Origin: Octopus vulgaris
Taxonomy: Eukaryota
Assembly: GCA_951406725.2 (NCBI GenBank)
Contig: OX597823.1
Coordinates: 94,674,001-94,738,000, forward strand
Direction: 5' to 3'
Length of the DNA: 64,000 nt
The position numbers and the translations under genes are program-made. The first letter of the stretch is position 1. Every line of letters starts with the position of its first letter. A model generated the notes under the pieces. The model saw nothing but the letters and a program-made list of their open reading frames with translations, was not told the DNA's origin and did not search any database. This document shows, piece after piece, positions 1 to 13,397 of the stretch.

Positions 1-529
1 CTGAGACTTTATTGTCAGTGCCATTCATTTTCTTTTTAAATCCTTTTGCTACCAACCTGCCCGTGACCACCCCTGCTTTTATGATACAAACTTTCAGCTT
101 TAAAGTGCTTAATAGTGACAAAATTATTTTACAAAATTCTTTATTATTTTCAAATAACAAATCAACTGAAACAAATATCAGTAACACAAGGGTTAACACT
201 GTAGGGTAGAATTTGAGGGAGATTTTGCTGTTATTTCTAGCAGGTTGTGTACACAAAAGGCTTCTTTACACGTAATGAGCAATTGAGTAATTGTTCCTGT
301 TTTGGTGTATGCACATTAGATGTGTGTGTAGTAGACCTCATCCATTGCCTGGGCCTTGAGTACCTGTAACAGAGTCCATTCCGTTACAAGCATTGGAATC
401 AGGTCTCCATTACATGGGAACATTGTTCTCTTCCCTCCAGCCAGTTTCAAGGATCCTGAAAAAGGGCCTTAGATATTTCTGTTTCTCTTTCGACTGACCC
501 ATTAAATAAAAAAAAAAATGATTTGCATA

Positions 530-987
530 ATCAAAATCAAATCACAATCAAATGGAAATTGTAGTTGTAGCTGATACCAGTGCCACCTGACTGTCTCCCC
601 TGCTGGTAGCACGCAATAAGCACCATTTATGCATGGGTCATTGCCAGTTCCGCCTGACTGGCTCCCTGTGCTGGTGGCATGTAAAAAGCACCATCTGAAC
701 ATCAGCCCCCACACCCCATCAGGCTCCTGTGCCGGTGGCATGCAAAAAGCACCATCTGAACATGGCCAATGCCAGTGCTCCCTGACTGACTCCTGTGCTG
801 GTGGCACGCAAAAAGCACCCACTACACTCTCAGAGTGGTCAGTATTTGGAAGGGCATCCACCCATAGAAACTTTGACAGATCAGATTGGAGCCTGGTGCA
901 GCCTCCTGGCTTGCTAGTCCTCAGTCAAACCAGCCAACCCATGACAGCATGGAAAGTGGACGTTAAATGATGATGATGATGATGATG
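530..987 (+). mobile_element. 3' end/UTR of the dominant RTE-type LINE family, with internal ~50-bp sub-repeats and a (GAT)n tail. Many copies in the window, e.g. 4465-4740, 16740-16980, 22060-22380, 31648-31935(-), 45220-46075(-), 53990-54462, 55095-55455(-), 58330-58690(-)
   Basis: Recurrent ...gtggcacgtaaaaagcacc... units, then ccaacccatgccagcatggaaa...taaa(tga)n; the copy at 46765-47160 links this UTR to RTE ORF2 C-terminal coding sequence. Confidence 0.75.
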
Positions 988-2647
988 AATTTACAGCCCC
1001 AGACTTAAGAGCAAAAACCATGACCTTCTGAGTTTTTACTTTTGGAAAGAGAACACTTTTAGGGGTGTGTTTTTTTAGTGTGTTTCTTTTTTTCTACAGC
1101 AGTAATTTGAAAAATATTTGGCTGCTATTTTGAGCAAGTTGGGCAACCATATAGAGCAGGGGAGGAGGAAACTTGGACTCAAGGGTGAAATTTTGCTCAA
1201 AGCTCTCTTCAAAACTACTGACCAAGTCTCTAAAAAGCCCTTTGAAAATGTTTAAAACTTCAGACCAAATAATTTTGCTCCTGTCTTACTATATACACTG
1301 ATTTTGTTTCTGTTAATTTATTGGTTTCAAATTTTGACACAAGGCCAGCAATTTTAGGGGAAGTGTAAATCACTTACATCGACCCCCCCAGTACACAGCT
1401 GGTATTTATTTTATCGACTCCAAAAGGATTAAAGGTAAAGTCAATGATTCTGCCAGCTGGCTACTTTTTTGTTTCAATTAATTTATTAAAATGATTTTAT
1501 CGTTACCAAGCTGGTGTATTGGAATATAAATCAACTTGAAATTTTGATAGAAGGTTTTAATTTCGATCATTTAAAAGCACAAAGTTTGTGTCATAAAACC
1601 CTGGTCAGTCTCTGGTGGGTTGGCATCAAAAAGATTAATAATGTTTAACCCTTATAAATCTTCCCTAGTGCAAATATACCCCTACTGGTCCTTATATACT
1701 TATGACTCACTCCTAATACGAAAATGGTTCAACACCCTTCAGTGGTTAAATGGTTTACTCTTTCAAGTTCTAACTGATGAAAGACCTCAATGAAATTAAC
1801 CTTTTTTTCATGTATTTCTGTCGGACTGCACTACTTGGATTTCAATTAATTTTTAAAATAATGAAGAAATTAGCAAAATAATTTTTGTCATTATTCAACT
1901 GGTGATTGGAACACAAATTGACATGGAACTTTAATGGAAGGCTTTTAATTTAGACCACTTTAAAACAGTGAATTTGTGCAATAAAACCAGGGCTGGTCTC
2001 GGACAAGTTAATATCAAAACAATTAGATAATTATTGACTAGCAGGGAAGTTGTTTTAGTTCTAAGTGTTGATTATCTGAGTTCTAGCTTCAAAATAATAG
2101 CCTCTTGGTTTCCTGCTGTTATCAAGTCTGCTATTAGTTTGGTTTTTATAATGACTGTTTTGTTGAAGTAACTACCACTCCTCCTCCTCTTCCTCCTCCT
2201 GCTTTTCTCAGCTCTTGCTTAAGAAGAACTTGTGAAAGATTGGCTCCTGTACATTTAAGTAGTTGCCTTACTGTTGTCTCCTGGGGGTCATTAGGAGCAC
2301 CATCCTGTCTTGAATTTCTCTTTAGAGATCTTGTGGGGTTCATCCTTCTCTAGGTCTGAGCAGGCAATTTTTTTCCAAAAGGCATTAAATCAGACAATAC
2401 ACATGCACATACATGCATAACAGGCTTCTACACAAGTTCTGTTTACCGATTTACTCACAAGGCCTGCATTGTAGAAGACACATGCGCAAGGTGCTCTGCT
2501 GTTGGATTGAACCCAAAAGCAAGTTGTTGCAAAGGAAGGGTATTGAGACATCCTAAACTTGGTCATGTCTTTTACTGGGAAAATAACCATCGAATTACTT
2601 CCTGATTGTCATCAAGTACCTTTGTAATTATGTCATTTTCCTTCTTC

Positions 2648-3042
2648 ATCACCTCCGCCAAGGAAGGAGGTTATGTTTTCATTGGTGTTGGTTTGTCCGT
2701 CTGTGTGCAAAATAACTCAAAAAGTTGTGAACGGTATTTGATGAAACTTGCAGGTAAAGTTGGTAATGACACAAGGTACAGATGATGGAATTTTGGTAGT
2801 GATACAGGAATTTTTATGGATTCTTGAAGGATTTTTCATTTGTTATATTTACTTTACATGAAGTATTACAATGTTACGTTCTTTGATTATCTCCCTTGAA
2901 AACATGTTCATTGTTTCCATGTAACCTATGGTGGCGTTGCTCTTTCCAAAGTTTATTTTTGTTTCTCTATTAGTAATTTTACTCGCATATCTATCTTATG
3001 AGCTGCTTAGTGGAGGTCTGCACTCTTCGAGTACTTTTCTAG
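2648..3042 (+). mobile_element. Non-autonomous Helentron-type (HINE/DINE-1-like) element
   Basis: Subterminal inverted repeats ACCTCCGCCAAG / CTTAGTGGAGGT, GTTT/GTCT microsatellite, 3' hairpin GCACTC-TTC-GAGTAC, then TTTTCTAG. Confidence 0.65.
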
Positions 3043-5397
3043 CAGGATAATGTATCATCATCATCATTATTTAACGTTTGTCTTCCAGGTTGGATGAATA
3101 GACAGCACCTGATGAGCCCTGTGGACTGTATTGAGCTCTAGTATCTCCTTTGACATGGTTTCTACAGCTGGATGCCCTTCCTAATGCCACCCACTTTGTG
3201 GGGTGGACTACATGCTTTGTTTACATATGGATAGAAATGAAGATAATGGAAATGCAGGGAGTGGTGAATATGGTTGGGGGGTGGGGAGTGGTTGAGTGTG
3301 TGTGCCAATTTCCATCATTACCTCCTCCCCATCACCTCCTTCTGCTGTACAGCATCACACTTCATATTCAAGCATCATACATGGCACCAGCACTGGTGAG
3401 GTTGCCAAGTAACATACATGACAAAAAATCTCTCTCAACTATGTAGGGGTGTGGTAGTAAAGGAGGTGGTTTTATACCCAGTGTTATAAGACTAAACCAT
3501 AGTAGAACAACTGATACGGGTGCCTTGATGTAGAAGAGACACCTGGCTAACCTATGTATCTCTTCCTATAACAAGATATATCGATTCTCCTAAACATATT
3601 ACGCTTTAACTCTTTCGATACCAAACCACCTGAAATCATCTCTGGCTCTGTAGTACAAATGTCTTGTTTTCATAGGTTTTGAAACAGGAACAGCCTACAC
3701 CACTTTAGTTAGGCACCAATGAAAGGTCTTGCTTGGCCTGCAAGAATAAGCAGTCAAGTCTCCCTCAAATCACACATTGTCACCTTAAAAGATGGACACA
3801 GTATCAGATATATTCTTTTCTACTCTAGGCAGAAGACCCAAAATTTTGGGGGAGGGGGTCAGTTGATTAGATCAACTCCAGTATGCAACTGCTACTTAAT
3901 TTACCGACCCTGAAAGGATGAAAGGCAAAGTTGACCTCAGCAAAATTTGAACTCAAAACGTAAAGACAGACAAAATACCACTAAGCATTTCACCCAGCAT
4001 GCTAATGTAATCACAATTGGAAAACATTTGACCATAGATCTGCTTGGTCAAAACTGACCTTGGAATAATTACCACCAGCAACAAAATACACCACCTCGTT
4101 ATAAGTTTTAGTCTTTTTCTCTCAGTTACTAATTTCTTCTCTCTCCCCCCTCTCTCCAATCTCTCCTCCTTTTCTGTCCAGTCTATGATTACTACTACTA
4201 CTACTACTACCTGGTGTCAGTAAAGTGGTTGGCATTAGGAAGGACATCCAGCTGCAGAAACCAAGCCAAATCAGGCAATGGTCTTAGTGCAGTTCCTATC
4301 CAACTGGCCAACTCATACCAACATAGAAAGCAAACATTAAATGATGTTGATGATCATGATCCATCCCAATGTCCATTATCTCAGTTGTCCAAATAGTTCA
4401 ATCAGCTGAGCATATTAGAGTTATCTTCCTTTTAAGATTTTGAACATATCTAGTGTTGGGTGGGGTGTCGTTGCCAGTGCTGCCGGACTGGCTCCCGTGC
4501 AGGTGGCATGTAAAAAACACCTTTTGAGCATGGTCGTTGCCAGTAATGCCTGACCGGCCCTCGTGTTGGTGGCACATAAAAGCACCCACTACACTCTTGG
4601 AGAGGTTGGTGTTAGGAAGGGCATCCAGCTGTAGAAACTTTGCCAGATCAGATTGGAGCCTGTTGCAGCCTCCTGGCTTGCCAGTCCTCAATCAAACCAT
4701 CCAACCCATGCCAGCACGGAAAGCAGACGATGATGATGATACTTTATATGTGGTCCTACTATATTTATATTTAGTTCACAACAGCCTCACCTCAGACATT
4801 GTCCTTCTGTCATGTTGTATGCTAAATAAATCATGCTACAGATTTAGAAGAGGCTAATCTACCTTTTTGTCTGGTGCAGTAGCCATTTTTTATTTGTTTA
4901 TTGCACCAGTTCAACCCCGGTAGATTTAGGATCGAAATTGTTGTATCCTTCTTTCTAACCATTCCCCCTGATTAGGATTATATATTATCGTTCCCATTTT
5001 AAGATGGTGGATTCGAGTATTTCAGCTGCTATTTCTTGCTGATTAACTGACCATGTAGAGGCTCTCTGTCATTAGCTTGTTACTGGTGCTGATGTGAAAA
5101 ATTGCTAAGAAATTGGAATTTGTCCTTGGGCAAGACATTTTTCACATTGCTCCAGTGCACTCACCAGGAAAAAACGAGTTGTACCTTTAATTCAACCATG
5201 TCACATTTTGTGTCCCGTTGAATCTCACTGAGGACAATGTTATGGTTGTGCATGTCTGTGGAGTACTCAACCACTCGTACATTAATTTCATTGATCGGGT
5301 CAATTGGAACCCTTGTTGTCGTAACCAACGGAGTGCCAGGTAACAGCTGCGAACATATTTTAGTCTTATTAAATCTTACCTGTGAACAATAAAACAG

Positions 5398-5877
5398 ACA
5401 GTTCTATATTTAAGAGATGAGGAATTATTTACATTTGACGGATATTTGTCCTTACCTTGTTTGTTAACATGTTTCAGCTGATATACCCTCCAGCCTTCAT
5501 CAGGTGTCTTGGGGAAATTTCGAACCTGGGTTCGGTTCTCATTCCTAAGGTATTTTCCATGTTATTAATATTATTATTATCATTCATCAGGTCACTGCTT
5601 GGAATCGAACTCGGAATCTTGGGGTTAGTAGCCCGTGCTCTTAACCACTATGCCATATGCCCGTGGGCTACTAACCGCAAGATTCCAAGTTTGATTCCAA
5701 GCAGTGACCTGAATAATAATAATAATAACAACAACATCAAAAAATACCTTAGGAATGAGAAACCAGGCTTGAAATTTCCCCAAGACACCTAATGGAGGCT
5801 GGAGGGTATATCAGCTGAAATGCTGTGTTAACAATAAAGATGAGGACAAATATCCATCAAATGTAAATAATGTAAAT
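5398..5877. mobile_element. Fold-back element: tRNA-derived head plus hammerhead-like Penelope-type tail, two arms head-to-head
   Basis: ~5425-5635 is the reverse complement of ~5665-5877. On the minus strand: A box TGGCATAGTGG, B box GAGTTCGATTC, and CTGATGA-AGGCTG...CAGCT-GAAA at 5466-5508. Confidence 0.75.
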
Positions 5878-7749
5878 GAAACGGGCTTCTCAAACTTGAT
5901 GTTGAACAATGGATGACGGTTTAAAAAAAGTGTCATGAAGAATTTTATGCATTTTGATTTGAACAATGTGCTAAGGGAAATAATTCAAATGGACCACTGA
6001 CATGAGATTGGATAAGCCAAACAGGCATGTGGGTGGGTGAGTGGTAATATTTTCACTGCCATATTTATACTAGGTTCTAAATGGATTGATGTTGGAGAAA
6101 TAGAATAGAAATTTGATAGCAGTAGTTAACACCTTTGTTAACATGTGTCACATTGTCACATGAAACCCTCCCCCACCCCACACCTATGCCATTGTAGTTC
6201 CTTTTCAGCTCCTTCATGTCACACGCCATCCCAACCATGCCACATGCTACTCCAACCCCCTGTTTTTTTTTTTACCCCTTTTGTTTTGACAACAAACTTC
6301 TCTTTTACACCCTTTGCAAGTCTTTGCTCCTATTTATTACACGTTAAAGAAACAAGCTGTTATGTTAAAAAAAAAACCCAGGTGTGTGTGTGTGTGGTAA
6401 TTTCTGTCTTTCTCTGTGTTCTCAAACTTCCATGTTGGCCATTTCTGCTTCTGCTTATGACAGTCGGTTTATATAATCAGGGTGCTGGTCAACGTACCCT
6501 ACCGTTGTAGTTATCATCATCATCATTTAACATCTGTTTTTCCATGCTGGCATGGGTTAGATGGCTTGACTGAAAATTGGTAAGCTGGGGAGTTGTACCT
6601 GGTTCCAATTTTATTTCACATGGTTTCTATGGCTAGACGCCCTTCCTAACACCAACCACTCCAAGTGGGTGCTTCTTACGTCCCGCCACCAGCTCAAGTG
6701 TCAGTTATATAACATCAGCATCAGCCATGACTACAATCCCATTTGGCTTGATAGGTTTTCCCAAACACGGTATATCGCCAAAGATCTCAGAACAGTTTCA
6801 TATTATTCTCTCTCTATCTCTCTCATCATCATCATTTAATGTCCATTTTCTATGCTGGCATGGGTTGAACAGTTTGATAGGAAATGGCAAGCCAGAGAGC
6901 TGCATCAAGCTCCAATTGTCTGTTTTGGCAAGGCTTCAACAGCTGGATGCCAATCTCTTTACAAAGTGTGTGCCAGCATCGGTGCTCATTCCATGGCAGC
7001 AGCACCCACAGGTTCACCAAGTAGCTTGCAGGCAAAAGGTTGGACTATGATATCAGGACAGGGGTAGCTGTCTTACGACAGAGGAGATGCTTATTTCATT
7101 ATCTTTCCTTCTGTTTCAAATCCCATCAAAGCCAGCTTTGCCTTTCATCCTTCCAGAGGTCAATAAAATGAAGTACGAGTCAAGTACTCATCATGATTAA
7201 CAGCTGGACATTTCTGTCTCAACTTCCAAAACTTATACAGTTGGTCTTGTGGTTTCTGTGGCATGTAAGTGTCCAAGATCACAAGATTCAACCCACTGGA
7301 AAAAAATGCTGGTCCATTGTAGGGTCATTCATTTACAGCTGAGTGGACTGGAGTAAAGCAAAATGCCATTTTCACCTGTATTTATATGAGGGGGTGTGGA
7401 GACACAATGGCCCAGTGGTGAGGGCAGTGGACTCATGGTCATAGGATCGCAGTTTCAATTCCCAGACTAGGCGTTGTGAGCATTTGAGTGAAAACACCTA
7501 AAGCTCTATGAGGCTCTGGTAGGGTGTGGTGACAAACCCTGCTGTACTCTTTCACCACAACTTTCTCTCACTCTTTCTTCCTATTTCTGTTGTACCTGTA
7601 TTTCAAAGGGCCTGCCTTGTCACACTCTGTGTCACACTGAATCTCCCTGAGAACTACATTAAGGGTACACGTGTCAGTGGAGTGCTCAGCCTCTTGCATG
7701 ATCAACTGGAACCCTCGTTGTCGTAACCGATGGAGTGCCATGATATATA

Positions 7750-7954
7750 CAAGGGGGTGCTGAAAGGTTCCTAGCTTTGGGTGAAAGAAAATACAGGAGG
7801 ATCAGTTAATTATGGTTTTATTCAACATATTCCCCTCTAAGATTCATACACGTATTGCAGTGGGCCTTCAGTTTTGCTAAGCCCAGTAAAAGAACTTGAA
7901 AGTTTGGGCCTTTCACAATAACCTTAAAGCCAGGCACTTTTCAGCACCCCTTCA
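7750..7954. mobile_element. Tc1/mariner-type MITE
   Basis: TA-flanked; TIRs CAAGGGGGTGCTGAAAGGTTCCTAGCTTT / AAAGCCAGGCACTTTTCAGCACCCCTTCA. Confidence 0.75.
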
Positions 7955-9691
7955 TATCTGACAGCTACCAGTACAGAGGGGAAGATATCTGACTTGAGCA
8001 GAGATTGAACTCAGAAACAAAGTACTGAACTAAACATTGCTCCGTCTCTTCTAATACTATTGCTGGTAGATTAACAAGATCGGTAGAGCAACAGATGAAA
8101 TGCCTTGTGGTGTTTTTTTTTATATATAGTTAGATCACTATTATGTTCTGTGTTTAAACGTGATTGTTTTTTATCCTTCCAACATTGATAGACTAATACT
8201 AACGAAGTGCCTGGATTAATTAAACTGGCTGCCCATCACCTCTCTCTCTCCCTCCAATTATGTCTATAAGATTGCTTACTTCATTGTTTTCTTTTTGACT
8301 GTAAGCAAACACCTTTTGCACCCCCTACCTTCTATCATGTTATTCTTGTCTTCTTTTTGTTTCAACCCCCACCCCCTCACATCTCCACACATTTTGCTGT
8401 CCTTGTATCGCCAGTCTTTTAACTGGCTGGACCACTTTACTCTTTGGGAAAGACATTTTTGGAACCATGCCTACATTTATTTACACACCGACTGTATTGC
8501 ATGTAAGACTCCAGACTCCATCCTCTGCTGACTTGGGTGTTTGTTGTCTTTCTTTTTCTTACATAAATAATGTGGATTTGTATGTGTGAGAGACAGTAAT
8601 AATAATATTAATAATAATAATAATCCTTTATACTAAAGGCACAAGGCCTATAATTTTGGGGGAAGGGACTAAACAATTACATCGACCCCAATGTTTCAGT
8701 GATACTTAATTTTTCGACCCTGAAAGGATGAAAGGCAAAGCTGACCATAACAGAATATGAACTCAAAATATAAAGGCAGGTGAAATACCTGTTTCTTTAT
8801 TACCCACAAGGGGACAAACAAGGACAGACAAACAGATTAAGTCGATTATATCGACCCCAGTGCGTAACTGGTACTTAATTTATCGACCCCGATAGGATGA
8901 AAGGCAAAGTCGACCTCAGCGGAATTTGAACTGAGAACGTAGCGGCAGATGAAATGCCGCTAAGCATTTCGCCCGGCGTGCTAATGTTTCTGCCAGCTTG
9001 CCGCCTCAATAATAATAATAATAATAATCCTTTCTACTGAAGGCATAAGGCCTTGAAATTTTGAGGGAGGGGACTAGTTGATTATATCGACCCCAATGTT
9101 TTACTGGTACTTTATTTATGGTTCATGCTATTTGTTCTGATTCTTTGTTTCATCCCACTGGGTCCAAAATAAAGGACCTGTCATCTACTGGGGCTGACTG
9201 ACACCCATCTTTCAAAACTGCTGGTTTTGTGCTTAAAAACCATTATTTTTATCCAATCCGCTGCCTTTGAAAGGGCCACTCGCATCAGGGGACCTGTTCT
9301 TTTGGGGAGGAAGGTGGGGAATATGTACACCATTGAAAGCAAGAAACTGGCCCCCATGAGCTTGGCATGGCTCAGTTTGCAGATTAACCAGCAAAATACT
9401 TTCTAATATTTTTGTCGTATCACTTCACGTTCTGAGTTCATTGTTTTATGTTTAATATAATCAGTTATACTCCTCCTCCAAAATATGTAGCCATATCACT
9501 TTTTGAAGTTATCTCTGCAGGATTCTTTTTCGTTGCTATCTCAGCAATGTATGTGGGGGCATGTGGCTTAGTGGTTAGGGTGTTGGACTCATGATTGTAA
9601 GATTGTAGTTTCAATTTCTGGACTGGGCGTTGCATTGTGTGCTTGAGCAAGACACTTCATTTCATGTTGCTCCAGTCCACTCAATTGGCTG

Positions 9692-9992
9692 TGGAGGCAC
9701 ATGGCCTAGTGGTTAGAGCAGCGGACTCGTAATCAGGGGATTGCGGGTTCAAATCTCAGACCAGGCGATATGTGTGTTTATGAGCGAAACACCCAAGCTC
9801 CACGCGGCTTGGGCAGAAGGTAATGACAAACTTCTGCTGACTCTTTCACCACAACTTTCTCTCTTTCCTCCTGCATCTTGCAGCTCACCTGCGACGGACC
9901 GGCGTCCCGTCCAGGTGGGGAAACCTATATGCTAAGGAAACCGGGAAACCGGCCCTTATGGGCCAGACATGGCTCGAGAAGGAACAAACAAC
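9692..9992 (+). mobile_element. tRNA-derived SINE nested inside another tRNA-derived SINE (9556-10120); relatives at 7396-7740 and 28423-28798
   Basis: A box TGGCCTAGTGG, B box GGTTCAAATC; the host SINE breaks at ccactcaa and resumes at caactcagctgacag. Confidence 0.75.
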
Positions 9993-10555
9993 AAAAACAA
10001 CTCAGCTGACAGAAATGAGTAATCCTGCGACGGACCAACGTCTCGTCCCAGGTGGGGAATATAAACTCCATTGAAACCAGGAAGCCAGCCCTCATGATCC
10101 TGGCGTGGCTCAAGAAAAAAACATTTTTTAAAATTATTTTTTTTTATCTAAGCAATGCATTGATGGATAGTTAATTGGTTGGATGTGGTGCTGATGAAGA
10201 AGAAATAACAACTAAATTATCCAAATACAGCCATTACCTATTTTTCTATCTTCAATCACATTGTTTACATAGAAGTATTCTGTATGAAACATCATAACTT
10301 TCAGTGTTGGCTTTAAATTCTGTAGAAACTCTGTGGAGATAACTTCAGAAAGCGACTGGATCGCATTGCTAACACAGGTAGGACAAAGTATTGACCTATA
10401 AACCTTTTATATAGTTTGTAGTGATGATGATGATGTAGTTAGTATATTACAGTTCCTCAACCAAATATGGAGTCCCTACTGGTGATTGATATGTTGTCAT
10501 ATGTCTATGACTGAAATTTAGGGAGAGGCAGTGTTGTGTAGTGATGTTTGTATAA

Positions 10556-10947
10556 TCTCTCTATATATAAAGCTGAAGTTGTCTGTGTATGGCAGGTTTG
10601 GTAGCCTTCAACTAACACTATCTCCTCCAAGACCCTGCGGCACAAGTTGACCAAAATTGAGAGTATGATAGAAGAAGGCTTGCTCTTCCTTCCGTAGAAG
10701 AAACCATTCAAATCGGACCATGTTAAGACCAAAAATTATTTACATCAAAAGGGTGCTTTTTTTCTATGAAAATCCCTATTTTTTACAATTTTTTGACTGC
10801 TGTGTCGCCATTTTTCAGTGTATTTCAACCAGAAAAATTTTCGCTTAAAGAGAATAACAAGCTACATAATGCAACATTTTTACTTTTCAAAAATTCCAAT
10901 TCTAAAGGGTTGAAACAAACCCAAGCAATGCCAGGCGATACTGCTAG
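10556..10947 (+). mobile_element. Non-autonomous Helitron
   Basis: Inserted between A and T; 5' TCTCTCTATATATAAA; 3' degenerate hairpin (cccaagcaatgccagg), then CTAG|T. Confidence 0.75.
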
Positions 10948-11121
10948 TTGAGGAATATTTTGTTTGTTTAGAGAGTAGACAGAGCATCCTTCTAAGATCT
11001 CCAGGAATTTGGTGGGTGATCAGAATTTCAATCTCTGAGTAATACCTCTGAAGAAATTGCCAAAATAGATCAGAATCAGTTTGTGTTCTATAGCAAGGAG
11101 GATTCTGTTATCTTGGGGAAT

Positions 11122-11452
11122 ACACACACATTCATATATACACATACACACACACATATATATACATACACACACATATACATACACACATAGATATACA
11201 AACATACACATACATTATATACATATGCACACATACATACACATCTACATATACATACACACATATATACACACACATACCACATATCCATAGACACACA
11301 TATATACATATACACATACATATATACCTACATACATACATACGCACCAAACACACATACATACACAAACTAACACACACACATACACACACATACACAC
11401 ACATATACACATATACATGCACACATACACATGCGTACATACATACATATAT
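11122..11452. repeat. Compound (CA)/(TA)/(CATA) microsatellite; source of several spurious ORFs
   Basis: Directly visible low-complexity tract. Confidence 0.95.
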
Positions 11453-12737
11453 GCAGGTGTAGCTGTGTGATTGGGATGTTTGCTTTGTAAGCATGGTTTA
11501 AGGTTCAATCCCCTGTGTAGCACCTTGAGCAAATGTCTTCTACTGTAGCCCTGGGCTGACCAAAGCCTTGTCACTGGGATTGGATTCAGTCGATGGAAAC
11601 TGGAAGAAGCCCGTTTTGTATGTGTGTGTGTGTCTCCCTATCTTGTCATTACATGGTCGTTGTAAATGAGTGTCACATTCATTTCCAATCTTCCATGAAG
11701 ACCTGTTGGGCTGGGGTGGAATATTACCCCACTTGGAAACAGATAAGGGTTGGCAACAGGAAGGACATTCAGCTGCAGAAAATCTGCCTCAAGAAATACC
11801 ATCTGAGCCATGCAAACCCGGAGAAGTGGATGATGAGATTGAGGTCTGTCTGAGAAACTGGCACAAGACATGATTCTGGTTCCTTTGGTTTGCCTGGTTA
11901 TAACTTGAAACTCTTATTTACTTCATTGTTAAATAGTCGATGTTGTGAATTATTCTCACCTGCAAAAACATTGGCTTAACGATTTAAATACCAACCTGTC
12001 TGTGACCACCCCCTTTAACATTTAAACTGGCCATATCCGGCCCAAATATTCTCCCTGTTTTATGTTCAAACTGGCCAGACCTGGCCTCTCACACCTACCC
12101 TACAATGTCATACTAAAAATAAACTGTCACATCTTTGAAATCTCAAAGCTACAAGAGATTAATTAATTAAAAACCAATGTGAGTAAATAAATATTACATT
12201 TGACAGAGTAATCATGAATGCCAAAAAGTAGAGAAAAATTATTTTTTTAAATTCATTTATCAAAATTAATTGAAACAAAGTTTATTTCATCAGAAACATG
12301 GTAACAAAGGGGTTAGTGATAAACAGCCCCATCCATTCCAGAATGGAAAAGTGGGTGCCTCTCCTATGACTTACTGACTCTTCATAAAATGAAATCTAAA
12401 TTCACTTAGATGGTATTTAAATCTCATGACTAATCCTTAAACTTATTTCTTTGGTTTAAAGCTGTAGTTCTCAACCGGGGTCCATATAAGGGTTTGTTGT
12501 TAAACTTTATCTGCGATAAACTGGTTATATTTCTACAATGCTCAAAATATTTAAAGAATTTCTTTTATACAATTCCTAATAATATTTAATTCTTAAAAAT
12601 ATGATAAATAAGGATTTGTTTTTTAAGGATTTGTTTTTTGTGAGGGTCTATTTGAATGAAATAGGAATCAAAAAAAGGGATTGAGTTCCACTGGCTTAAA
12701 GTGTCCACAGCATAACTTGTCTATTTTCTGTTTTCAG

Positions 12738-12833
12738 ACTAATTTACCAGTTTTCAAGTTAAAAGATTCTAGTGTCCGTCGACGTTACAGTGACTTTGAA
12801 TGGTTAAGAAATGAACTTGAACGAGACAGTAAG
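12738..12833 (+). CDS. SNX3: Sorting nexin 3/12 (PX domain), internal coding exon (probably exon 2; exon 1 not found in window)
   Basis: ttttctgttttcag|ACT...AAG|gtaagt; 96 nt, phase 0/0; [32 protein letters not shown] contains the PX-domain RRYSDF motif, nearly identical to metazoan SNX3/SNX12. Confidence 0.96.
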
Positions 12834-13069
12834 GTAAGTTTTACACGTTTCATTACAATTCTGTGGATTCTTTCTCTTCTGTTTCTTGAATGTTGAATTT
12901 ATTGCTAGCACCACGGACAAAAAGAAAAAAAGGTGCCAATTATACTAGGGTGTGCCATCATCACCTTTTAACATCTATTTTCCATACTGACATGGGTTAA
13001 AATTATTAACCATCATACCAACAACCACCTTGGGCACCTTTTGAGCTCCATGTATCTAACATGTGGGCA

Positions 13070-13397
13070 TGCCTACAAAGTCAGAGAACAGCACAGCTTC
13101 CATGACTTTCAGAAACATTTTTTTCACACTCAGAGTTGCTGAAGCATGGAACAAACTACCTGCATCATTCGTTAATTGCTGAGACATTGCATCCTTTAAA
13201 ACCTCCATGCTTCGTGAAATTCATCAACACTACACCCGATATCCCCCCTCCATATGCATGCACACATGTATAACATGACTCATACACTGTTCACTTTCCT
13301 GACTTTTGTACATAATTCTATGTGCTGTACATACACCTTTGATGAGTTGTAGGGCACCTGAGCACTATAAGCAATAATTTCTTTATTATTATTATTA
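13070..13397 (+). mobile_element. CR1-like LINE 3' end (relative at 29525-29697, minus strand)
   Basis: Degenerate ORF2 end ...FFTLRVAEAWNKLPASFVNC..ASFK, then a 3' UTR ending in (TTA)n. Confidence 0.7.

Noticed and set aside
1774-1800. CTGATGA...GAAA hammerhead candidate (also CTGATGA at ~3109, ~10191 and ~26885)
   Set aside because: No pairing for stem II or stem I; chance matches or too decayed to call.
5590-5665. tRNA gene
   Set aside because: A/B boxes are present, but there is no complete acceptor stem and it is fused to a repeat body. Treated as a SINE head, like the other tRNA-like segments.
10273-10377. Possible SNX3 exon 1 or cassette exon (ag...cag|gtagga)
   Set aside because: Stops in all three frames and no similarity to the SNX3 N-terminus (FLEIDV...YE); exon 1 is presumed upstream of the window.
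11020-11574. Cluster of overlapping C/V/Y/M- and H/T/I-rich ORFs
   Set aside because: Stop-free frames through (CA)/(TA) microsatellites and a SINE.
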